Below the pieces are notes generated by a model, which saw nothing but the letters and a program-made list of their open reading frames with translations, searched no databases and had not been told where the DNA came from. The position numbers and the translations under genes are program-made. DNA of 63,397 bases, filler included, from Gonapodya sp. JEL0774 (Eukaryota), in assembly GCA_027604505.1 (NCBI GenBank). It is 2 parts of 2 records of this genome, joined end to end, with 100 filler letters (N's around TTAATTAATTAA, not from the genome) between each part and the next. Parts side by side here need not be neighbours in the genome. Positions count along the whole stretch, not along the records: positions 1 to 31,788 come from JADIIX010000198.1; positions 31,889 to 63,397 come from JADIIX010000199.1. One strand, 5' to 3'. Of this stretch, positions 27,701-37,842 are shown in pieces; the first letter of the stretch is position 1; each line of letters starts with the position of its first letter.

Positions 27701-30139
27701 ACATTGTTGTTTATGTTCTGCTCTGATATTTGAATGAAGGTCACATTCTCCAAAGGCCAGGATTTCCTTGAGTCTGTTTATCATATTTCCACTAAACAAT
27801 CGTCCCAGACCTTGATAAGAGATATGGTTGCATTGACCAGCCATTGTCAACCAATAATGGTAATTGCAACACCAGGTACAGATCCAATCAAGGACATCCA
27901 TGAATCTTCAAAAGTGTTTGGGACCACAGAATGCCATTTTGTAAGTTCAATCCGCAGAAACATAAATGTGCACTTTAATAAATTGATGGCAACTTAGGCA
28001 AGCATGGGATGCTTAAGAGAGTCTGAAGTGCTGGAACTTGTGCTTGGATCTGCAAATAAAGGTCATTGGGTGTGCTTACAGAATGTTCATTTGATCTCAC
28101 AATGGATATCTAAGATTGTGCAAGAGCTTGCAAACATGAAAGACAATATTGCAAATTCTTTCAGGTTATGGTTAGTTTCGGAGGGATGTGGTAACTTTTC
28201 AGAGAGCTTCTTATCAAATTGCTTGAAAGTGGTTGTGGAGATCCCAAAAGGTGAGGCCACTGAAGCTGTATTCAAAGCTCATATTACTAATTGAGGCTTA
28301 TCTTCAGGAGTTCACCAGCTGATGGAAGATTCTTTCTGTGCACTTCAGAACAGCACATGCAGTATTAAAAACAATAAAAAGCTGTCATTTTTATTGGCTG
28401 AATTTCATTCTGTACTGCAAGGAAGGCGGAAATTTGTGCCTCAAGGCTGGCTAGAGGACTATGAATTTTCTTCTTCAGACCTATGGTCTTGCAGTGAGCT
28501 GCTTGAAGTGGGTTCCAAAGTTTGTATTGAGATGAGCACCCCTAAGTCTCCTGCTTTTGGACAACTCAGCAAAATAATAGGAATAATAACTATCAAGCCA
28601 CTGTGAAAGGTCTTGTGTGCTTAATATATGGTAGTCGAATTGGGCATAAAGAAGATGCAAGGAAGTTGAACTTATTAGCAGAAGCAATATTCTCAGAAGG
28701 TAAGTGGTTCCACTGTTCTGTTCATTCTATGCAATTACATACACTGCCCTGTAGATGATAAAAATATGAACATGAAAAATATTCTTGAGGCTGTGGAGAA
28801 CCAGGGTTCAAATGAACCACCAAACTTCCAAAAAGTGCTTGAATGGCTCCCAGATACAGTATCATACCTTAATCTTCCCCAAAATGTTGAAACAGTGTGC
28901 AGGGAAAAATTGTCTCAAGACACTTCATTGAAGCTACTGTTACTTGTGAGTGCCAGTCATGCATTGCTGTAGTACAGTCTGACATGTGGTTCAAATAGGC
29001 AAGAAGTGGCAACAGCATCCAACTTAATCCAGAATCTAACAACTTGAACCTCTTTGCAAATGCAAAGTTGTGGGAGGAGGTCTGTAATTATGTGGTCTTT
29101 GTGGATTCAAAAAACCTCAACTCCAGTACAACATTCTAGGGTATTGCTCAACTTCCTGACCTACCCTCATTTGCAACCAATAGTTCTGATCCTTTCTACG
29201 CAATGTTTCACAATGTAAATGGTATTCCGATTTTGAATCATGGAATGATTACTCACACTCCCTCCAGGAAACCCTTCAACTAAAATCATTGTTGACCACA
29301 ATCACAGATTCACTGAGGAACCTGCAAAAACTTCAGTTTGGAGAACATAATATATGTGCTGATGAATTTGCTGATCTATGGTCTTTATCTCAGTCCGAAA
29401 CCCCAGAGAGGTCAGTTTTCTTTGTCCTTTTTCCATGACCTCTGTACTTGTGTATCCAAACCTATAAATGCTCAGTTGGACAGATCTGGTTAAAGGACCC
29501 AAAAATCATCAGTTATATCTTGAAAATCTTTTGGACAGGTTCCACTTCATAGTGGATATCTCCAGGAGTATGATCTCAAAAACGTTTTTCTCATATCCAC
29601 TTGTAATTGGAAGAATGTGCAAACCATCTGCATTCTTTCCTGCCCTCAGGCAACATTCAGCTAGGATCTGTAAGTACATTTCAAGCATATTCCAGGGCTA
29701 TTCTACACAATTTTGATTGGTGTTTCTAGTAAATATACCTTTAGATTCAGTTCAGTTGCTAACATTATGGACACAACCCAAAGAACAAGAACCTTTTATT
29801 TGCATCAGTGGACTATTTGTTCAGGGGGCCATCATAGAGGGACAAAGTCTTCAAGATGTTTCTGAAGATGATGAATCGTTTTCAAAAGTCCCGGATTGTT
29901 ACATAACCTGCACACATAAAGATGTGGTATGTCAGAATTTTGAGTCACAACATTCTCTCATATGATTCTCTGAGGACACAATTCCCAAACAGATAAAAAA
30001 GGAATCATATTTTGAGGTACCACTATACACTGACCCTTCAAGGCAGGAGGAAGTTTGCTCCATTCAAATTCCATCAGATGGACATGATACAAAATGGAAA
30101 CTTTACAGTGTGGCCCTTTATATTACAATATTCTCCTGA
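15714..30139 (+). CDS. DYNC2H1: Cytoplasmic dynein-2 (retrograde IFT dynein) heavy chain, multi-exon
   Basis: [24 protein letters not shown]...[35 protein letters not shown]...[14 protein letters not shown] and [27 protein letters not shown] are dynein-2-type AAA1 sequence. Linker [11 protein letters not shown] and [18 protein letters not shown]2 [11 protein letters not shown]3 [11 protein letters not shown]4 GHPGMGRQ. Stalk/[26 protein letters not shown]-terminus VPLYTDPSR...VALYITIFS* ends 30139. Likely first exon MKSAAAQGK... starts at 15714. Confidence 0.93.
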
Positions 30140-30339
30140 CAATGCTGTGCACAGTAGCCTGAAGCAGCAAAGAAAGGGTCTCTTCCACTATTCCACTATT
30201 TATAAGGGAATTCCAGTCTTGGCTTGTGACATAGGATCAACAGTGCCTGTGTCTCAATTCTCCAGTCACAATGTTTCACCATCCAATGAGTATGTTAATG
30301 ATCTATTAATGTTGCATGTAGGTTATCTCCTAGCTTAGA

Positions 30340-30830
30340 AAGTTTAAAAAAAGACTATAACATCAAGCCAAGCCCTTGAGGAGCAGCACAGGCCATCAAC
30401 CATTCGGAAGAAACCCTTAGAAGGAGGCAACCTCAGGAGGGCATGGTGGACCAAAATCTCACCCTCTACAAAGTTTTCATCACAAACCCCACTGCTCACT
30501 CAGCATATCTCAATGTTCAGGCTATTTATAATCTGGTGGACAGGTGGAGGATATGAGGAATCCTCCGGGAGCAGTTCCTGATGCTGGTACAAACTATTTG
30601 GCATCTTCACAACTTATTCAACTCATGCAATTCCATGCTTCAGGTAACAGAGTCCAGATTAACCCCACAGACAACTTCTGTGGTCCTATGCAGGGCTCAT
30701 CCCTCTCACTTGAAATCTTCAACTTTTTCATCAATGAGCTCATGGCGCTCCTGTTGGAACTGCAGGGTACAGGCATCATGGTACATGGTGTGCAGATCAC
30801 CACACCGTTCATCAAGGTGGACAGGGCACT
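30340..30830 (+). mobile_element. Degraded non-LTR (LINE-like) reverse transcriptase fragment
   Basis: Translation gives ...GMVDQNLTLYKVF...SAYLNVQAIYNLVDR (cf. FLDxxxAYDxVDR) and GPMQGSSLSLEIFNFFINELMALL...GIMVHGVQI (cf. GVPQGSxLSPxLFNxFI). The FADD motif is lost, and the D->N changes are consistent with G->A decay. Confidence 0.7.
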
Positions 30831-31419
30831 TGTGGTGAGGTTGGGTGAGGCACTGATGCAGCAGGTGGGGGTCTTGGAGGAATGGTATGAGCTTCTCACC
30901 TACCAAGTGCAGATTATTTGCTCCCCCAAAACATTGCCAGTGTTGTAACAACATGGAGGTAGGTTGCAGGCCACAAAAGGCTGTTAGACTGTGTGCAAAT
31001 TATCTAATACATGTGCTGCCACTCATGTATGTGGGGCTGTTGGTGTATGGACATTGTGTACATTATGTGTATGAGCAGTGGGTGTGAGCAGCACCATCTG
31101 TAACATACTGGGTAGCACATGAGACAGAGAGCTACTATCTGTTGGCATATGTTCAGACATTCTGCACAATATGTGTGCCATATGTGTAAACTAGATTATC
31201 CAGCCACACAAACATGAGTGACAGCACATGTAATACACTAGGTTGCACACAGACAAAGGTCATCCTGTCCTAACAGGGTATGAGCCTGGGACATTAAATT
31301 GTCGCAATATTTGCACACTTGGGAACACATCCATCGCAGGGAATTCTCCCTATTCCACACTCCTTGTTGTCGCGTTTTGAACACCCCCCACCCTGGCCAT
31401 CTCCCTTCAACACCCCCGC

Positions 31420-31788
31420 ACCCCAGTTTGCTGCAGGTGGAGTTGTGGGTGATGCTGGCCAGGAAAACCTGGACTTACAACCACTCTTCTGATTTCCCCC
31501 TCCCTGTCTCCTTCAATTTGCCTGAAGGTGGCCAGTCAATCTGCAGTTGACACACCTGATCAAAGGTGTACAGCTTTTCTCATAAGACTCTTTTATTTCA
31601 GCAGAACGTAAGCCATTAACAACTTCAAGAAAGCTAGCATTACTTTTTTGAAACCAAATTGTGGCTTCCACTGGATACTTTGACTTGACAGCAGTTCGGA
31701 AGTAATGGATATTATCAGTCTCAGCAACTGGTTCATCAGGACTTATTTCTGTCAAGCATTTGAAGCAAGTTGTAAGATTCTGCAGCAA
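31420..31788 (-). mobile_element. Degraded LTR-retrotransposon gag fragment with zinc knuckle (Copia-like)
   Basis: CVNCRLTGHLQAN*RRQGGG resembles the CX2CX4HX4C...GGG knuckle of fungal Copia gag, with the last Cys replaced by a stop. Truncated by the gap. Confidence 0.5.
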
Positions 31789-31888
31789 NNNNNNNNNNNN
31801 NNNNNNNNNNNNNNNNNNNNNNNNNNNNNNNNTTAATTAATTAANNNNNNNNNNNNNNNNNNNNNNNNNNNNNNNNNNNNNNNNNNNN
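31789..31888. other. Artificial assembly spacer (44 N + TTAATTAATTAA + 44 N)
   Basis: Exactly 100 nt. The central 12-mer (31833-31844) puts stop codons in all six frames, which is typical of a contig-joining linker. Confidence 0.95.
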
Positions 31889-32097
31889 TAAACTGAGAAA
31901 CCAAGGGTGCACACTGTGGTTAAGTGAAAACACCATGGTGCAAGGGTGGTTAAACAAGATAACCAACCAGATACCCTTGGTGGTATAAAGATGGTTAAAA
32001 TCACACTTAACCACTGAGTAACCATGCAAATACCCTGGGTGGTTATGCCAAGGTGGTATTTTTGTGGTTATTTGGCATAACCACACCATGGTTAAGG
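31889..32097. repeat. Low-complexity GGTTA/TAACC and ACCATGGT motif cluster
   Basis: Repeated gtggttaa/taacca/accatggt motifs in both orientations directly beside the gap; possibly a decayed TE end. Confidence 0.4.
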
Positions 32098-33132
32098 TCC
32101 CGACAGTCCCAGTGGCAGCATTGAGAGTGAGGTGGTGTGGGATCCAATCCCAGCTGGGGCAGTTTTTCGGTTGAATGGTTATCAAGCTGAGTACACCCTT
32201 GCAATCACAGAGCAAGCAGGCACTTACAGCAGCAAACCCAAACAGGCAGGAACAAGACAAACTGTGGAAGGTAGAGATCAGGGTTTAACATTGAATAATT
32301 CATTGTCAGGGAAAGAATGTGTTGTGAGCGAGAGTATGAGCTGCAAGAATGCTTCATGAAGATTGAAATTCTCCAGTTTTATTAGAATTGACTGTGGCAC
32401 AGTGCACTCTTGGTGATAAACAGTGATTATTAAAAGGCCTGCCTATGTGGCACGGTTACGACACACATAATCGCATGTGCTTCCTAATTCTGCCACAATG
32501 ATCACCTGTTGACTAATCAAAATAGCATCCAAGAGGCACAGTGAGACAAAACACTTATAAACCACTTGAAATGCAGTTGAAACCAGCTCTAAAACATCAT
32601 ACCATCTTCTGTGCCCACCTCACCAAAGCTTGCAACCACAATTGTTCCCTTCCATAAGTACTGTGCTTGCTGCCATATGTTGCCATGTGAACACTTCTAA
32701 TTCTTCTTTTGCATTTGGGCCAGTGGTACTGGGAGCAACTGGTGGCCTGTGGCCACTGTTGTGCCTGTTGGCCTGAGGCTCACAGACACTCCTACCAAGG
32801 CAAGATGTACTGAATGTAGGTGCTACTCTACTGATTCTGTGGAAGGAGGGAGAATGCATGGGGCAGTTTCATTTGAGCTAATGCTTTTTTTCTCCATTTC
32901 AGTGGTTTTCCCTACCAGTACCTAAGGACAGTTGACCTGAGGCTGACAGCAACATGTTTTGTCAGTCAGACAAATGGCAAAATCAGGTGTATTTGGAATG
33001 AAATGAACACAAATTTTTACCCCAGCATCACTGTAGAATATTTTCTAGAGTTTTGGGTGAAGTTTTGCTATGTAAATTTGTCTCAAACTCGACATTGTTT
33101 CAAATTGCAGATTCCTTTCTTTTGGACAGTTA

Positions 33133-34527
33133 ATGGCAAACCTTTCACTTGCACTTGAGCGTCAGCTGATTGATGACAAAGCGTACAATGAAACAGTGGA
33201 CAAGACAGGAACGCAGAATACAAGCAGCCTGCCCCATCGCAAACTGCTTCACCGGCAAAGAATACAAGGTCCCAAGCATCCTCCACCATGGTACCACACA
33301 ATGAAAATGCCTCGGTTGAGTCAGATGCTGAGGATGGGTCTCCATCTCCCACTTGTAAGAGCTCAGGAGATGAAGCAAAAAGCAGGATGATTATCAGCAC
33401 TCCAGCTTTGGGTCAAAGGTTACTCATGCACTCTGAACATATCATTTTCAAAGTATATATCTTCAGAGAATAGATTTTGGCAAAGCAGACACCCAGAAAG
33501 CCATGCAGCAATACCCAGGTGACCTCCCCCGTGCCGTGGAGTTTCTAGTCCAAACTGTGCGTGGGCAAGTGTGTATTGCATTCTGTTTTATCTGTATTCT
33601 TTGAGCTCTTGTTATCTCACTTCAAACTTCAACACCACCTGGCGGGGTTTAGGCAACAGGCATCACAGATTGCATCACAGGAACATTACCCGCCGGGCCA
33701 AAGTGATTTACACAACAACAATGCCATCAACACCACGAACTTCACCTTGGAGGAGTCACGTACATGAGATACACAAAGAGCACGAGCAAGGAAAGAAAGC
33801 GGTCAATCCTTGTAGATCAAGTGGTGGGTTATATTTTTGCATCTACTTTCAGTTTTGGGCATAGTTCAGGAGAACTCATTGCCACAAACTTTGTTTACCT
33901 GTAGTTTTCATGGGACCACTTGCACAGGACTTCAGGAACAGGCCTTTTTGATTGCTATCTGGTTCATCACAATGGAAAGGTGTGTTGTTGAAGTTGTAGG
34001 CCTGAGTTCTGTTGCTACTCATTGCTTGCGACAGATGGCGGAGATGAAAATGCAGTCTGTTCTTGACTGTAAGGAAGGATGGATCTGCCCATGCGCCAAT
34101 CCTGCTTACAAATCAATGTTATTCAATAACTTTGCAGAGATAGCAGGAGATGATGAATCGGTGGTGTGTTTTAACAAAAAGCATGAGTGTGGGTGTATTT
34201 GCAGGTCTTGTGGAATGACGGGGTGTGGGATGAGAATCAGGGTCCCAAGTGTATTTGTGTATTCTGTGTGTCCAGTCCTGTCGGACTGCTATGTAAGCGC
34301 GTCATACAAAAATATATCTACACTACACTACGTCCCGCGTGTCAACTCAGTGGTCATACAACAGTCTCACTCATGCACAAATCCATGTCATCCTTTCCCA
34401 GGTGGTCACAGACCAAGGCATTGTAGATTGGGAATGCAATCATAAACACAGCAATGGTTTTGAAGATCTCGCCGCTGAGCTGAAACAAGCCAATCGGCGA
34501 CGATCCGCTGTTTGGGAACCTCTGTGA
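33133..34527 (+). pseudogene. Fragmented unknown gene with UBA-like segment and Cys-rich stretch
   Basis: DFGKADTQKAMQQYPGDLPRAVEFL (~33473-33547) resembles a UBA/CUE helix pattern. Cys-rich ORF pieces follow downstream. Broken frames and CpG-poor. Confidence 0.3.
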
Positions 34528-35037
34528 GCTCGAAATTGGATGACATAGTGAGTTTGAATGTTTCCGCCTATTTGAACAATTTGGTTGGTGGCTGGGCAAA
34601 CACCCGGTTATGACCAATTTGCCTTCATCCCGCACAGTTGTTGCAAACCGGCTCCAAAACTCTGCCATCTATATCACTGGCACACATTGATACATCAACT
34701 CCGCCCCACAAAAAGGCAGCGACCAACACAGATGGCAATTCTAGTTCTCTGTGCGCGTCCTTGATGCAATGGAGCTCCTTATAGTCTGGTTAGCAATTGC
34801 AGTCGCAAGAACAAACATGATTGTGACCCACACCAGTTGAAAGTCTATCTCCCCATCGGAATCCGCATTCAAGTCATATTCAAAGTCCATGATGAACGGG
34901 CAGTTGACCTTGTAATGCGATAGAAGATAGAATTTCAAACATATCACGGAGGATGGGTGCTTGATGACTCCAAAACAGTTTTGAATTACAATTAGGCAAA
35001 AACACTCTACAACTACGGTTAGTGCATCAGGAAACCG

Positions 35038-35059
35038 TGGCTGGTCTCTGGGCCACTCC
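35038..35059 (+). repeat. Left terminal inverted repeat
   Basis: TGGCTGGTCTCTGGGCCACTCC versus the reverse complement of the right end, CGGCTGGCCTCCGGCCCACTCC. Confidence 0.7.
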
Positions 35060-35142
35060 CGATCAACTCCAAACAACTCCGCACAACTCCAGAGGACCGG
35101 GAGTAGACGGAGGCTACGGAGTGTCCGGACTCCAGACCCCCT

Positions 35143-35213
35143 ACTCCGGAGTTGAATTTTTACCTCCTTTGCAACTCTGGGGTTGAATTTTTCTCTCCTT
35201 TGCAACTCCGGAG
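35143..35213 (+). repeat. Subterminal tandem repeat, 31-bp period (~2.3 copies)
   Basis: ACTCCGGAGTTGAATTTTTACCTCCTTTGCA-like unit starting at 35143, 35174 and 35205. Confidence 0.75.
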
Positions 35214-35329
35214 AGACGTGTTTCTGTCCTTTACAACTTCCAACAGCACCTCCAGTCCACTCCAAATCGTTATTCATTCATAGAAATATTGTATTTTCGT
35301 CTCTTTATGTTTGAAAGTACACAATAAAG

Positions 35330-37768
35330 TTAGTCTGTTCTTGGTTTCTTCGCGTAAAAAAGCCGATCCAACCCCTCTTCTTCGTTCACATCAGCCGAGT
35401 TCTCCGCCTCACGCTTGATACCAGTACCAGTAGATGGATAGATCATGTCGCGTACGGTCGCTCGACTCTCAGGGTCCTGAAGAAACTTGGTTCTGAGAAA
35501 AGTCTCATACTGTACTTCAAGTTAGATATCAGATTCACTGCAACCAAGAGATGACAACACCTACGGTTTTCCAATCCCTCGCTATTTGTGCATCCTTTGA
35601 GAGGTTAAATCCATTTCTGTTAAGGGAATTCTTGAACTTCAGGTCCGGTTTAGAACTCGTGCGACAGTCATTGAACAGCAACAAAGGTGGTGGAACCAGA
35701 CACTCACAATAACTGCTACCGACGCCATGATGACTGAGAGCTCCTCGTCGGTCCGATCCATAGAATTAACGTTGCAAGTGGGCATAACTGATCGAACCAT
35801 ACGAAGAAATTGAGGGTTCAAGAACGGCCGTTCTTCGTCGTCAAGTAAGAATCTTGGAATGTTTTCAACGCGTGACAAAAGGTCTCTGCAAGAGCCAAGT
35901 TGGTTATCTTCATCTGCAAAGAGCACTTGCGAGCACCATATGTCATTGAGTACTCACCGGCTCCGTTGAGGCAGCTCATTGACACCGGCCTGCTTAGGGG
36001 CACTCAAATCTTGATATGCGACAGAGAACCAGACGCTGCCCTTCTCTTTTACCACTGCCACGAGATGGTTGGGCTTGGTCTCCAAGTCTCGCCGAATCTA
36101 AATCAAAGAAGAAAAACATCAGTACAAACTGCAGCTAAGAATTCTCACATTATAATGCGGGCGTTGTTAGCATATTGCCAGTTCTCTTGATCTGTGTACG
36201 GGTCTCAAATCGAAAATACGTTGCCCTCCGAGGACCGTGAACATGCATCACTCACCAACATAAACGCCGCCAAAGCCACTGAGGGGGGTAATGTTGTCTT
36301 GGTGTGTGCAGTTGCGCGCTGTAAAATAGACATTTCTGCAAATAGCATGTCAGAGTCCTCATCACTATGATGAGCGATGTGCTCTGGAGATGGGTTTCTA
36401 GAGCAACACAATAAAATATCATCTTTTCTTGACGCTGTAGAGTCAAAGTGCTCACTCACTTGAAAAGAACAAACTCCGCCGCCAGCTTTTGGATTTGATC
36501 CGCATTTTCCCAAATAGTTGGGTGACGAGACTTCAAAACCTCCAGCGGGATTTTCCTTTTTCCACGAGAAGATTTGCGGACAGTGTCATCCTCATCTTCC
36601 TGCTCTCCAAATTGCATTGTGGGGGTTTGTTCAACGAATATGTTGCCTCCAAGAGAGAGGAAACCAACATGATCTCGCAGAATGACGATCAGTGGACTGC
36701 ATGAACTCACGATCCATCATCAGAACATTGGCTGGCATCACTGGTGGCAGTTTACCCAAGTTGCTTGATACCAGAAGTTTGGGAGGAATCTCGTTGATTT
36801 GGACAGGCCGGCCTGGAGCAGGCTCTTGGATTGTGGAATCAAACGTAGGACAGAGGGATGGCGACACAGTCTCCTCGTCCCCGATTTGTGAGTTGTAGAT
36901 GCATTCGACATCAGGCGTTTGTTCTCGCACCTTGAGATAAATTGAAAGAGCAGTGGTCCACATAAACGCACCGAGACCAAAGCCAATGACGTTCTGTGAA
37001 CCTGAGGAAACAATTTAATCAAGACACGCAAACCCACCCATGAAGTTTCAGGCAAACTGCACAGCCGATTCATTCCCAAAGGATCCTCCTGTTGGTACAG
37101 GGATTCGTCTTGGTTGTGCATCAAGGATGCAGTACTTTGCCAGTTGGTTGTCTGTTGAATAGATCTGATGACGTTGTTGCTTCCACCGACCGCGCTTAGG
37201 GCACTAGACACAGTCTGCTGGCTTGACAATGTTAAACCCCTTGGATTCTGCGTGTTCTGTTGTGGGGTGGACAGTGCTGTCGGAAATGATGAAGAACCTG
37301 CAGAAGCCTGCAACACCCATAAAATACCAATAGCAATTAGCGTCTGACACAAAATGGAGGTCCAGAAGTATATTAGTCCTGGGTTCTTACTATTTCCCAT
37401 GAAAACTGATTGTTTTCCTTGCCAGCGTCACCCATGTTGTCGCCACTGGTTTTGACTTTCGAAGACTTCAGATGGGTTGTGGATGCATCCTTATTGTTCA
37501 AGCGCTGCATACTGAGCGGTTTTCTTGGGCCGTCGCTGGGAATCTGTCGGAGTGGTCATGGCGTAGCGGTGCCGTTTGGTGGGGTCACGGGAGGCGGAAC
37601 TTGCGGAAGTCCTCCCTGGACACGGTTTCTGTTGATTCTACCCGGCATAATCAAGGTTTGCTGTACAACTGCTTTGTCGATCTCAATATCTGAGAGTTCT
37701 GTGAGTGATGGAGTTGGCAAAGGTTGGAAGTTTTCCATGAGCATCCGCGACCGTGCACGGGCCTCCAT
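35330..37768 (-). pseudogene. Transposon-borne partner gene (unknown, multi-exon) with in-frame TGA stops
   Basis: Collinear exons MEARARSRMLMENF..., IWENADQIQKLAAEFVLFK, RFLLDDEERPFLNPQFLRMVRS...IMASVAVI, ending LDRLFYAKKPRTD* at 35330. TGA interruptions at ~37556 and ~36205 are consistent with CGA->TGA. Confidence 0.6.
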
Positions 37769-37842
37769 TCAAATTCAAATGCTTAAATTTTCGCAATATA
37801 CACTTGTTATTCAGCATCTCTCCATCATCAACCCGGATCCGA

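Noticed and set aside
32585..32595. GTTTTAGAGCT on the minus strand, resembling the start of a Cas9 repeat
   Set aside because: Single 11-mer with no array and no cas genes; chance match.
35330..37768. In-frame TGA codons as possible selenocysteine, or a TET/JBP gene within the Plavaka element
   Set aside because: The TGAs are not in redox motifs, no SECIS is evident and CGA->TGA decay explains them. No HxD...H 2-oxoglutarate dioxygenase pattern was seen.
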